A stretch of DNA of 64,000 bases from Yuukianura sp. NJ FZ-2021 (Eukaryota). A model generated the notes under the pieces. The model ran no database searches, was not told the DNA's origin, and was given only the letters and a program-made list of their open reading frames with translations. Every line of letters starts with the position of its first letter. Position 1 is the stretch's first letter. The stretch spans positions 7,626,001 to 7,690,000 of the forward strand of contig CM102283.1 of assembly GCA_046563655.1 (NCBI GenBank). Direction: 5' to 3'. Both the position numbers and the translations under genes were made by a program. Positions 37,695 through 50,900 of the stretch are shown here, in pieces.

Positions 37695-39471
37695 TTAGTT
37701 TGGTCCATCCTCAACGACCCAGAGCATTCCAGAGAAAATTGAGTACTTGACTTTATGCTGCCAGTTTTGACCAATGGAGGTTCCTGTTCTGGATTTCGAC
37801 CGGAGGTAAGCCATAAATTCCGTTCTTAAATTCTTGCTCAAAACGCCTTGTTCCTCTTCCTTGGTTCTTTGCTGTACAAATGGTACAGAGTTCAGTTGGT
37901 CTTCACTTAAAGGCTGTCGTGGCAACATGTCAAGGTCAAGAGTTAGAGTGAACACGGCGTCTTCAATTGTAAGAGCGCGAGAATTTGAATTGGACGAGGA
38001 GTCAGTACCGCTGCGATTTGAATTTTTAGTGTTGCCATTGAACTGTTCTTGAGCGTCAGTTGACATTTTAGTGCAAATTAGTGGCGTGGCAGTGGATGTC
38101 AGGGCTTGTCGGATAATCCTCAGTATGTTTCTGTTTTCATTTGAAACTTGGGTAGAGAGAAACAGAAAAGCATCGATACTGTCAATCAGGACGGCTGAAA
38201 TTGATGAATTGGCCAGCAGCATGCGCTCAATCAAAGATTTTTCGGAACCTTTAGAGACGAAGTTTCCTAGAAAGTCTTCTGGTGAGAAACAGTTGATGAC
38301 GAAAATGCGTTTCAAGTAGGCAGTGACATTCGACGTGGAACTTCCAGTACTGGCAGTACTGATACTGGCAGTACTAGTACTGGCCGCGTTGACTTTGAAA
38401 GGTGTGTCCACATTTGGATCCAAGTGACTTAAAATGGAAATTAGGTTTTGAAGGTTAAAGTGATGAGTAGTATTGACGAGAATTGCTATTTTTGTAGGAT
38501 GAAGAAACAAAAACCTGAAAGTAGGAATAAAATTCATTCGTAATTAACAATTCATAATCGTTGTTTGATCGTAAAAACTTAACTTGTTAGGATTAACTTG
38601 GCGTGTGCTTAATGCTTACCTAGCCAAAAAATACGTGAGCAGAAACGTCTTTCCGGTGCCTTCGGATCCTCTTATTCCAACGATGTCACCAGGCTTTATT
38701 CCTGGAAAATTCGAAGGTGTAGTTTTTGCATCAGCATCGGATAAAAACAGCATTCAACATTTTTCAAAAGATTTATTTTTTCTCAAGTTTTTCGGTTTGG
38801 TGTCGCTTTGTTCTTTGTATCCGGTAGAATTAAAGTGGTATTTCCCACAAGGCTAAAAGTGTGAAATCGTTAAGTTCCGCGACGTAAATTTCCCATTTTC
38901 GCAATACAATGAGAAACTAACAAAAGATGTTCTCAAGAAATACTTGATGAAAAGGAAAATGATGATGAGGTTTAATTATCCTCCCACTGAATTTGGTTTG
39001 TCAATTTACATTACAATTGACACTTTTCAGAAACAATTTACAATTATTGAATTCGTACAATTAAAAAGTTTAATTAAAAGTGTAAATTTGTGTATGACAG
39101 AGACACGTTTGTCAAGTATAAACGAATTCGAAATTTAATTTAACATTAATTCAGTAATCTAACTGTGCCTTTAAAATTGGCTAATCAAAAAGAAGGAAAA
39201 TCATTGGTCCAAGGTTCGAAAATGATAACTACTAAAGTAAAAAAAAAACATAAAATTACGCAAATTCGACAATCTTGCCCTGTAAAAATGAAATGTTGCA
39301 ATTTAATTTGTGTGCACTCAAAAAGGATTGTTTCCTGGAACCTTAATACTTAACTACAGTAGTTAATTTCGAAACAATTTCTAAAGAAATCATACCATTG
39401 GGAAAAAACCTTGAGTCCAAATCCAGAAGTATTCTTTTAATGGGTTCAACTGCTGCCGTCGATCCATCCAT
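37695..39471 (-). CDS. XRCC2: RAD51 paralog XRCC2-like
   Basis: MDGSTAAVEPIKRILLDLDSRFFPN|GIKPGDIVGIRGSEGTGKT (Walker A) FLLTYFLA|RFL...VNTTHHFNL...LKRIFVINCFS...VLIDSIDAF (Walker B). Confidence 0.8.
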
Positions 39472-39866
39472 GTTTTAATTATATTCACACAACGTTGGAG
39501 ACAATAACTTGATTTTCTCCCATGAACATTTTGCGGTGCTAAAACTTTTCCGGGAAGTTATTTGTCCTGTAAAATTACCAAAAATAGATCGTTAACAAGG
39601 TTCATTAGAATTCATTCAGTTCCATTCCATTTTAACACATATTTTGATTATTCCATACTTTGAAAAACGTAAGACAATCGACTGAATTGACACTAGTCAT
39701 GTGACCGTTGCCCTTGACCTCAATTCATCCTCGTTTGCGTTTTTAACGTGAGTCAGGCCCAACCGTCCATGCCAGTGTAAATTCCGTAAGTGTAAGGTTA
39801 GTTAGTTAAATTCAAACATTTGGCTAATCAATATAATTAGTGAGTTCATTAATGTAAAGACACTGC

Positions 39867-40409
39867 TTACATTTGGTTTTCCACGTAGAAGTTCCCGGAT
39901 CCGTTCCCTTCCACTATAATGGCTTCTACAAGAGCCTCATTAATGTTTGTAGTTGGAAGAACAGACTTTGGCAATATAGTCGCTTTTGTGATCAAGGGTC
40001 GTCGCCGCTTCAAGATGGTGATTTCGTTTTTCCTGACGGATTCCGCCAGTTGTGCGGCCTCCAACTGTCTTCGGCGAATGGCTATCGGAACCTGGAGCGG
40101 AATACCGTAACAATGGATCTGCTTTCCTTTAGGCGTTGAAACTGTCTTGGTTAATTCATTTTCCGGCGGAAGCACTTGGACGGCACCACCGTTTTGAATA
40201 AATCTAGTAAGGATCTCCCCTGTCCCGGGCTAAAGCAACACAAAATTGAAAGTTTGTAATCTAAGAAGTTGAGTTTCAGCAGGTTTCAAATAAACTATTA
40301 CATTTTGAGGCTCCGTATCTCGCACGTAAGTAAGTTTGTTAAAAAAGAAAATGACACTCTAAAGAAATCTTACCGACATTCCAGTCCGTTCGGACTCGGA
40401 CAAACCCAT
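39867..40409 (-). CDS. Hypothetical ~130-aa protein directly upstream of XRCC2
   Basis: MGLSESERTGMS|PGTGEILTRFIQNGGAVQVLPPENEL...NFYVENQM*, with a good GTAAG donor and an in-frame TTTAG acceptor. No recognisable domain. Confidence 0.4.
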
Positions 40410-41998
40410 GTTAGTCTATTTCTGAAAATCCAAAGTTCCTCGTATTCGTTATAAGTTCAGTTCTTACACCTCGGTTAACCTATACGTTTGGCTTCGTCAA
40501 ATTTGCTGTTAAGATTTAATTAAGAAGACGTAATCAACGTCATAAGTTGAGAATGATTATTATCCCGTTAATATTCAATTCAATTCAATAATTTATTCTC
40601 CTACTAAATGCGCAGGTTTTTCGGAATAAATGTTTTACAAAATTATGAGATTATTACGTTGCTACTGTTATCGGGTGATGGTTAAGAAAAATTATGTGTA
40701 CTAGTTTAAAATTAATAATTTAGCTTTAACATTTCTAGCCAATTGAATTTCCCGCCGTCCGCTAGAGAACCTTTGTCTCTTTGTCTCACTAGTTTTTCGG
40801 GCGGAAATTTTAAAATTTAACCAAAGACAAAATGTAAACAAAAAACAACAAAGTGCAACCACCGAACCTCAACCACCTGACCCGGGCGGAAAATCAACGT
40901 TAATTTTTTTAATTAAAGGTTAATTAGTGAGTGAGAGGTCAGTGACGTCTGTTGTCACTAGTGGAGGTCGGAGGTCTGACGTTAATTTAGCCAGTTGAGC
41001 TCTCTGGAAGTAACTTACTACTGGAACCGGAACTCGTCTCTTTGTAAGAACAGAATTATGAGTGTGAGACGGGCACGAACCGATACAACGTTAGCACCGG
41101 AAGTGGAATCGAGGTCAACGAACGTAAAACGTTAGTCGCTAGGTCAAACTCCGGTGACACACGAAGGGTAACTCATAAAACGGAATCGTTATACATGTTA
41201 GCCTAGACTAATCGAATAATGACAAGGAATTCTGGGATTTGTTTTATTTTGAAAGACATAAACCTACTAATCAGGAAGAGGATGATTGTCCATTGTCCAA
41301 TAGAGGCAACGTATGGACGGTACGGTAACCATAACGAGACAAATTCAGTCTCGTCTCAGTACCTGTCATGCAGAATTTTACATTTTGATCTCATGAGAGG
41401 TTCAAACCCTCCTTGAATTGTTATTACTCTGACAGTGACATCATGTCACTGACATGGGCTTGGAATGAGGTTTTATTTATGCCGTATGTCCATTGTCCAG
41501 CAAGTAAACAAGAGTTTAATGTTCTCTTTCCCCCGTTTCTAGACTATGTCGCGTTGCATGTCCCTTTATCGATTCATTAAAATATTAGAAGAATCGATCC
41601 AGATCTATCAGACGAATTTGTTTGTTCTTGTCGATAAATACCACTTGAGTCGAAGTGCTTGCCAGTCCTATACTGATCCATACTTTCTTTTACTTGCAGC
41701 CATACAGATACTAAATGACTGGACAGACCTTGTCAGCCTCAGGACCTAGGAATTATACATCCCTGCTTCTTCGACATTGCCAACTTCAATTCAACTTCGA
41801 CTAAGCTGCTACTACTGACACTAGTGAGTGATCGCTGGACATCTAGGCAACAAACATTGACAGTTCTCCTCATCACTAACGGCTAACGGATGTCCTAATA
41901 CTCGACGTTGGATCTCCATTGTAGCGTAGCGACAAACCGGCTTCTACTTTCATTTTCATTCAAGACACCGCGAATAAGAAACATCAATCAAATCGGCA

Positions 41999-44900
41999 AT
42001 GTCAACTACTACTGCAAGTCCTAGTCAGCACCCAACCATGTTCAGGTAAGGAACTTCCTTAAATGCTGTTTGAATCCTATACGATAGATAAATGAGGTCA
42101 AATGTCAAAGGAAACAAACTTCCGACTTCGGTTTTGACGTGATCTCAGAACGATCTTTGTTGAATTCACCTCATTCATTTCACTATGACTTTTGCAATTG
42201 AATTCCAATCCAAAGTACATTGTCGATAGTCCACCTCCATGACCGCTAAGGACATAATGGAAATGTGTGAACCAACTTAAACAATGATGTTATTTTTGTT
42301 GGACATGTCAAGTATTCTTGTTGCATAAACTAGAATTTATGCAAACAACTCATGTTGTAATGATAGTACTGCTTGTGCTTCACCTGAATTTAAAGTATCT
42401 AGCGGAATTAATAATTGTTTACATTTCATCTTTCCTAAAAATTACGTCAAACGTAAACTTAATAGTTATTATTTAGAACTCTATTGATTAACCCGGCTTG
42501 GATTATAATCGATTAATTTGAGTGTACTCGATTTTTTCGTCCGATTGTCAGCTGATGTGGAAGGGCGGGAATTGAAAATTTCAAAAATAACAACAGTGGG
42601 TGGTGATGGTCGGGTGGAGGGAGCAGATTAATCCAAGAGAATCGTGGTTTTTGTGGATTCTTTTTTGGCCGATTATAATCCAAAAAGTGGCGCACTGCGC
42701 CTGCGCACCACCTCAGATTAATCTGGCTTGGCAGATTAATCTGAAAAGCGATTATAATCGCTTTATTTGAAACAAGCTAGTATTTCGTATTCCAAAGTAA
42801 ATTGTCGATAGTCCACCTCCATGACCGCTAAGGACATAATGGAAATGTGTGCACCAACTTAAACAATGATGTTATTTTTGTTGGACAGGCCAAGTATACT
42901 TGCTGCATAAACTAGAATTTATGCAAACAACTCATGCTGTAATGATAGTACTGCTTGTGCTTCACCTGAATTTAAAGTATCTAGCGGAATTAATAATCGT
43001 TTACATTTCATCTTTCCTAAAAATTACGTAAAACGTAAACTTAATAGTTATTTGATAAACATCACCTTCGCTTAAACAGGATCACCGAAGCTTACTCTTA
43101 TGCTTTTCTTTTTGCTCCTTACTAAAAATTCTCTTTTGAAAGGAAACGCTGAAACACGCAAAGGGCAATAATGTCATTGCCCGTTTCGTTTGAACAATTT
43201 TAGACACCAAAGAGCAAACTAAAAACACAGCTTAATAATTTATAAGCAAAAAGCTGAGGAAGCAAACCCTTCTTGTCTTCTTTTGACGCCCAAAAAAATT
43301 TAATAAGTTGCTAGTGCTACTTTAAGTGAATGACAACAAAATTGTTCCGTTTTTTGCTAAAGAGCTAGCAATTTGGACCTAAACTTGTAAGGTACTTTGA
43401 ATTTATTAATGACAAATTAGCAAGCTTCTCAAAATTTTGACGGACTCTCATTTTGATGCCATGTTTTTCATGTCAATGCCAAGTCAAATGAGTATTTTGA
43501 CTTTCATTTTTTGTCGTTTGATTTGCTTGGTGAAGTTGAATTTGTTCCTTTTTTAGGAGTGACATTTGAATTTTAAGCTATTCATTTTGCAGTTTTTGGT
43601 TTATGAATTTTCATTAAGTAGAATGTTTTAGCATAGTTTTGGTTCTTAAATATGCCAGTAGTATGCCCACTTTCAAAGACCTTGGTCTTCTCCTTGGCGT
43701 TTAAGTTTGTTTTTGAGACGAAGATGCTGTTATGTATTTTTAGATTTGTAAGGTACAAGGACGCCCGCTTGTTTTTCTGCTCAATTCTATTCTTTCCGAA
43801 TTTAGTTCTTTTCTTGTTTGAATTGAATCTTTCAAGATTTACAAGATTTAGGTCATCTCGAGATCATTTTTGTTACAGACTTGATTCAATGAGGTTTGAA
43901 TGTGAAATTTGAGTGAACTTTAACCTTTATTTTTCGTTAGAACATAAAAAATATAAGAAAAAGTAACTTAAGAAATTCTGTTTTGTTAAAGTGAATTATA
44001 GTATCCATCCGCTAAATTTTGCAGGTGAATCCATGAGGTAAGAGGAGTGACATTACCAGTGTCAGACCGATTCCAAGTCGAATAGTTTTTCTTCATGTTT
44101 CGATAAGTTTTAAAAGAGGTTTTGAGTAAAAAAAAAAGTTAATTTTTTTTTGATGGGAAGGCCCCCCTTCCCCTTGGAGAGGTGTGTTAAGGTACCTCCC
44201 TTTACTTTAGGTAGGTGTATGACAATTGTTTCTGTTGCGTAAATTTGTTCGATGGCAAGGTTATTCGTTATTCCCAAACAGCTACTTGATGAAGCTGCTA
44301 AACATGCTAATAGCGAAACCGATCCCTGAGGGATGATCTTTGGTAATCTGTGGTGTGTGTTTGTTAACGTTAGTTTGGGATATGGTTTTGATCTGCGCGT
44401 AACTATAACATAGATAGATCTTTTGGACTTTTGGACAGGTCACACAGTTTACGCAAGTTATGAAAACAATGCCATGTTAAGTTGTTTCGAAGGTTGTTTC
44501 AGGGTGGTGTTGATGTTAAGATGTGGTTTGAATCTTTTATTGAATCTTTCGTTGAGCAACTACATCAACGAAATGCAACTTGAGTGACCTATTAACGAAA
44601 ATGTTGAACATTCAACTTGAAAATTTGTGCAAGATCAAATCAAGTCATTAGGTCATTGGCCATTGCGGGTACTTGACTTGAGTCATTGCGTGTGGATGGT
44701 CCTTCAGGTCGTGGTCAACTGCTAAATGTTGCAACTGATTTATACGTCACATAGGTCAAGTTGATTATGAATGATAGAAATGTATCTTATTAATCGATTA
44801 ATGCACGCTTCGTTTTTAAGAATGTCAAACCTGGTGAATTTTTGGAGAGAAATTGCAAATTTTTGAACCTTCAGCAATTGGTGGGCGGTGGTGGCGTCAA

Positions 44901-47900
44901 TTAGTGCTAATTTTTGGCATTCTCGCGAAACGTCTTCGGGTTAGTAAAGATGCTAATCCATAGTTATTTGGTCATTTGGTGATTGTATAACTTCCGAGGT
45001 GTGAAATTGTGTAAGATTTTTCTTTTCTTTAGTATTTCGTTTTCCTAGGAGTTTCTAAGCGTCGTTTACTTAGAACTTATCTTCAAGTTGTCGTTTAATA
45101 CTGAATTATTTATTGCAGTGGCAATTTAATGGAGAGGAGGGAACAATCAATTAGTTGGTTGCACGCATGCTCCATTAAATCCAATTCGTTTACCTCCCTG
45201 GGAGCTAAACGAACCATTGTTAGCGAGAATAAATTTGCAATTGCAACAAAAAATTGCACTTTGTGGCTATCCTGTGGTTTTTGCATTTTTTACACTGTAC
45301 TATTTGGTTTGGATGTTAAGAATTCTTTTGTTACTTTGGAGTTTAGACTGACGAGGATGTTCTTATTTGCACTTTCGATTTCATCCAAGCATCTTCCCTA
45401 GTCGAAGTTTGTGTTCTAATGCTAAAAGTTTAGTTGTAAAGTGGAAAGTGGGGTGAAAAGCTTTGTTTCAATTGTAACTTCTGAAGTGGGATTTTACTAC
45501 AAAATAGTCATGGACGGTTTATGAGATTACTTGAAGTGGTGGTGTTTTGCAGAACAACCTTTTGGATTTTGTACCTTGGAAGTTTGGTTGCATGAGCTGG
45601 AAGCTGAGTAATAATCCAAGCTTCATGAACTTTTAGTTTGTTTAGTGACGACTTTCCTCAAAGATTTTTTAAATGATGATGGTTATGATGAGAGTGAACT
45701 TAAAGTGGAAAAACCTTTATAAATAGTTTGCTGGGAAAGATGCTTTTATATCATTTGAGAAATTTTGGAGCATCACGCTAGTACTTCTGCACAAAGTGCT
45801 TTTAAAGGTTCGTTTTTCGGTGAACGAAAAAATACTTTTAGTTTCGACTGGTGCAGCTAATTTATCGCTGCAAATCTTACTAAACTGGACGTCCACATAG
45901 CTCGAAGGTTGGTAAAATCATGATCTTCCCAAAGTTAAACTTAATTTCTCCACTTTCACCTTCCAGAGATCTGTAATCATTTTAATTGTATTAGTTCTAA
46001 ACATTAGCCAGCTTTGTTGTATGGAAATGTCTGCGCAATATCATTTTTTGGCAAAGCATGGAAAGACAAGTTGAGGTGACGCACAAACGTGAGAATTTTC
46101 TGATCATAATTATGTTATGCCAGGAAAATTTCGTGTGTACAAATTGAAATCCGCTGAAACGTAAATATGGTTCTGGGAAATTGAAGATGAAAAATGCTAG
46201 TGTTTTTTTATTCCCAACAATAATTGTAAGAAATCTTCGGTAAATTTTTTGTTAAATGTTGTGAAAAATTAGTCCAGAAAATCTATAATAGAGGAAAATT
46301 AGACAAATTAGTGTTTGGCGTCTGCTTTGTAACACTCAAAAATCAGTCTTTTGGAAATCAGGATTCAGAAATCAATTGATCTTTCCAAAAATTCTTGTTT
46401 CCTTTGCTCAAGTTGGGGGCAGTGACATGTCGCAATATGATTGTAACTTTTTGAAGATAAATGTCTATTGTTAATATTAAATTTTTCAGTAAGGTTGATG
46501 GGGCATTTTAATTGCACCAAGGAACTTTGTTTTCGTTTTCCTGTTAAATCTTGATGTTGTTGGTGAGAACGGATTTGTTCTCAAGATATTGCCTACAGAC
46601 GCAAAACCGGCATTTTCTAGTGAAAATAATAAAAGTTATACTCGAATTCATAAATATAGTTTTACTTTTTGTGAAATGGCACGCCAAATACTATGGAAGT
46701 GTTGGATGCAAGAAATCCGAATGAAGAGCTCTTTGTCTCAAGGATTATTTCGGTAATTGCCAGGATTTACACAGTAGCTGGACGCGGAACTTTTAACGTT
46801 ATGAGAATATTTTGTTCTTTCGTCATGTTTTATTACGCACATACGAAGTAGGAAAAGCTTGGGAACAATTTGTTTCACTGAAAAATATAATTTGAAATTT
46901 AATTTAAAGTTAAGAAAAAACTAATAATTGCATTGTTTTTGTTATTTCCAGCTCAGCGGCCAGGTTGGACTCCTCGACCTGCTCGAAGGATCCAGCAATT
47001 CGCAGTAGTCACTCGTCCAAATCCAATGGAGTTTTTAATACAACAGGATCCACACTTGCCACTACCAAAATTTCAGTAGCTGCAAATACTCCTGTCAACG
47101 GAACCAATCATATTATCCATGCAAACGGATTTTCAAAATTACAAAATGGCACCAACGGAATTAGTTTAGCACGCAAGACATCCAATGGTCACAACAGTAG
47201 CAGTCCAGTCACATTTCAAGAAGTGAAATTCCTCAACACAAAGTCAGACTCTAGAAATTCTACAAGTACAACAAGCAAAAGTGACGCTGAACAGTACGTT
47301 CCACTTTCAACTGACCCCGGCATCAGTCTCTTCAGTACTCAAGCAGTGATTGGCGTAAGTTGGAAATCTAAAATTTTTTAATTTCAATATTTCTAACCAA
47401 ACTCGCGGTTTGTTGTAGTTTTTTGGTTAAGATCTGTGCCTAAGAGAAAATTTTGCACTCAACCTAGTACATGCACTTCGGAGTTGTTACCCGCTTTTTT
47501 TGTCAACCGCAATTTTCTGGCTTGCATTCATCCGGAGGTTTTTGGCCTTACTCGTGTTTCTCGATAATTGTCAAAATGATAGAAAAGAAGCCTTATATTT
47601 TTCTGTGGTAAAGGAATGCTCCGCCTTCCCGGAGATTGCGTGCACACAATAGTTCTAGTTCATTTAAGTTCAAATTTTTGTAGTTTGGCAGTAGCAGTAG
47701 CTTTCCGCACAGTTGACACAAAAAGTTTTTTGGAACAGAGAGTTTATGCGGCGATTTTAATTAAAAATGAAAAGTTTGCGTAGGAGAACGTTGTTCTATT
47801 TTTAGCATCCGCCTCATCATGTTCTTCTGTGCACAGATCTTCCTCTTTTTTTGAAGTTGTGCAACGTGAAATATATTCGCTGGCAAAAAACTGAATTTTT

Positions 47901-50900
47901 TGCAACGGTGAAACCACGATTCTCTTATTACAGCACTTTTCGCATGTGTTTTTGGTCTTCAGTTAATCTTGTACTAATCCTTAAGCACGGGGCGGTGTTA
48001 CGGTGTGGCCGCCGGCACGAAAGTGAAAGTGAAAATTGCAATTTACAATCAATTCAAACTGAGTTTACAAAGGTGACAAGGAAAGGCCTGAAAAGTTTTT
48101 AAATGAAATTTTTTTATCATCTTTGAATCAAAGTTTCAGTTTGTACAAAGACAAGTTTGGATTTGGATTTGGAAAGTGGTGGACGTGTGAAAAAGTTAAA
48201 ACTTTTTTTTTGAAACCTTGGACGTACTTAATCTTATCGAGACTCCTGAAGTGCACTTGATGCAACTTTTATAGTGAACATTTTTTTTTAAGTTTAAAAT
48301 GTCAAAAGGTCAACGTAAAATGCTTTCCTGTCAGTCACTGTCTTGATGTAAGGTTTTTACTGCTGAATGGGAAGTTTAAAGTTTAACTTTTCCATGGATG
48401 ATTCTGATTCTTTTAAAAAGTGATCACAAACCTTGCTCTTTCTTGTATTTAAAATCAGGACTTTTTTAGTTGAGAGTTTTTCTTGGAATTATTGTTTCTA
48501 TCCACGAAACTGAAACGGGAAACGTAAACAATTTAAAAGTTAAAGTTCTGGAAGAAATTGAATTGTTTTTAATTGGTGAGTGTTAATGTGAGGAGTGAGG
48601 TTTCAGGTTAAAAGTTGCTGAAACGTGCTGTAAAAAACACACATTTTACATAAAAAGTTAAGTAATTTACCCTATTTGTCAAAATTTTGATTTTTTGGGT
48701 TGGATTTTTTCACATGCTAGGAGAATTTTGCACGTTACACAACTGTTTTTAGAGGCAGATTTAGATATGTCAGAAGATAAGATCTGCGAGGTCAAAGATT
48801 GAGCGATTCAGGTGTGAAGTTGAAGAGGTTTTAAAAATTGTGAAATTTTTGGATTCAGGTGATTTTGAGCAGTGTAGCAGTGACAATGGCAGCGATTGGA
48901 ATTACAAGCGCAGAAGACTGGTTGGCGTTCCTGGTCATTTCGGGTCAACTGGGACTTATTTTCCTGTGTCTCTTTTTGATCTATCACTACAGGGCATTCT
49001 ATATTGTGTACAAAACTGTATTTCGGGATATCAAGTAAGCATACTTTCACTGTACTGAATTTTATTGTTTTTGAGATGTTGAATTCTGAATTTTGAAATA
49101 TTTTGAAATTTTGCAGGGGAGGATATAGGTATGCGAGGATTTTAATTAGTGTAGCAAGTGCCCAAAGGAGTAACGCCACAGTTCACAAAATATTTGCGAA
49201 GAATGTCAAAAAACATCCCAACAAAGTCTGCTTTTACTTTGAAGATGAAGTGTGGACATTCAAACAGGTAAAAAATAGAAAAAGAGAGGAGAAAGCGTCT
49301 TATTGAATTTGTGTCAGAGTTTTACAAAAATGAGTGGATTTTTTTCCATAATTTTAGGTGGACGATTACAGTAGTCAAATTGGAAATTATTTTACGAAAC
49401 AAGGACTTATGAAGGGAGATGTCGTGTCGATTTTTATGGAAAATCGACCACAATATGTTTGCCTGTGGCTAGGATTGTCTAAGGTAAAAATTTTGAATTT
49501 CAGACAAAATTCATTTTTGTAAAGACGTTTCATTAACAAAAAATTGGTATGACAGATTGGAGTAGTTCCTGCTTTAATAAATTTCAACTTAAGACTTCAA
49601 CCGATGAAGCATTCTGTGGAAGTAGCAAAGTCCAAAGCTCTCATTTACGGACATGAGCTGGAGAATGGTAATTGAATTAATTAATTTATTATTTCATATT
49701 TAATTATAGTAATTAATTAAAAATTTGAATTTAGAACACTGAAAGGATTTAATATTTGATTACTTAAGAAATTTTGTTGTGTTTTTTTTTATAGCGGTTC
49801 AGGAAATTCTGGACATGGGAGGACTGGAATCTCTGCCATTGTATTGCTCAGGTCACGCCGGAGCTAATTTATTACCGAACGCTATTGACCTTGACGGGGG
49901 ACTCAAAATTGCTCCAACGACAAGTCCAGTTCCATCCGCACCCATAAACTTTACGGACAAATTGCTCTACATTTTTACTTCGGGCACAACCGGTCTTCCC
50001 AAGGCTGCTGTCATCAAACACTCACGGTATGTTTATGAATTTGGAAATAATTTTAATTTTTGAACTCATAATTTTGAATTTTTTAACTTATTTTGATATT
50101 ATTTTGACTTTGACAACTCCAATTTTTCCATACTTTGTCCATTTTTCGATTTGCATGACCAGTTACATAATGGCTACTACTGGTAGTCACGTTATGTCCA
50201 GCTTGGTTTACAGAGACGTTGTGTATGCTCCTCTTCCACTTTACCATACAGTAGGAATTGTACTGGGCGTTGGACAGAGCATGCTCTTTGGATGTACTGT
50301 TGTCTTGCGACGCAAGTTCTCTGCTACCAACTTTTGGAGAGACTGTGTTCAGTACAAAGTGACGGTAGGACTGATCGACGGTTCTTTTTTTTTCAATTTT
50401 CTATGCCGGCGCTGCTTTTTTCAAGTTTTAAGTTTACAACTTTTAACTTTCTTGACTTTTACTTCTTGTACTTTGGGCTTGACACTTTGAGGTGGTGGTA
50501 GGTCATGGACTAATTTACGGAATACGGACTTTATCTTACGTCAAAACGTAAAAAAAACTTCGGATTTTCTTTTTTCAAAGTCTTGTGGATCTTTTTGTGT
50601 AGATTTCTTTTCTTCACGATGGGAATTCATAACTTTGTTGGGATTTCGAATAATGAGGTTATTTACGATCCTTTGCCAATGTACCACACTGCGGGTGGGA
50701 TGGTAAGGTTCCAATTCTATTCCATTTTCAATTAGTACTTAACTTTTTTTATTTGTAAAGTTAATAGAAAGAGGCATTCTTTCAAAGCTAAACTTTTTTT
50801 TAGAAACACTTTTAGTTGTTTTTTTTTTCTTCAATTTCCCAAAAAAAAAAGTTTGTTCAGACGAGAATTTTCATTTAATTTTTTGGCAGTATTCAAAGAA

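Noticed and set aside
40748-40893. E2F-like tttcccgc and gggcggaaa motifs upstream of XRCC2
   Set aside because: Short motifs with only one good consensus match; not supportable without TSS or conservation data.
42283-42387. Possible C/D-box snoRNA inside the 262-bp repeat (aatgatgt ... ctga)
   Set aside because: The C box is imperfect, there is no clear terminal stem, and I recognised no rRNA guide.
43652-48102. Short ORFs in Fatp introns (43652-43912, 45129-45401, 47851-48102)
   Set aside because: Low-complexity AT-rich translations with no family signal or compatible splice pattern.
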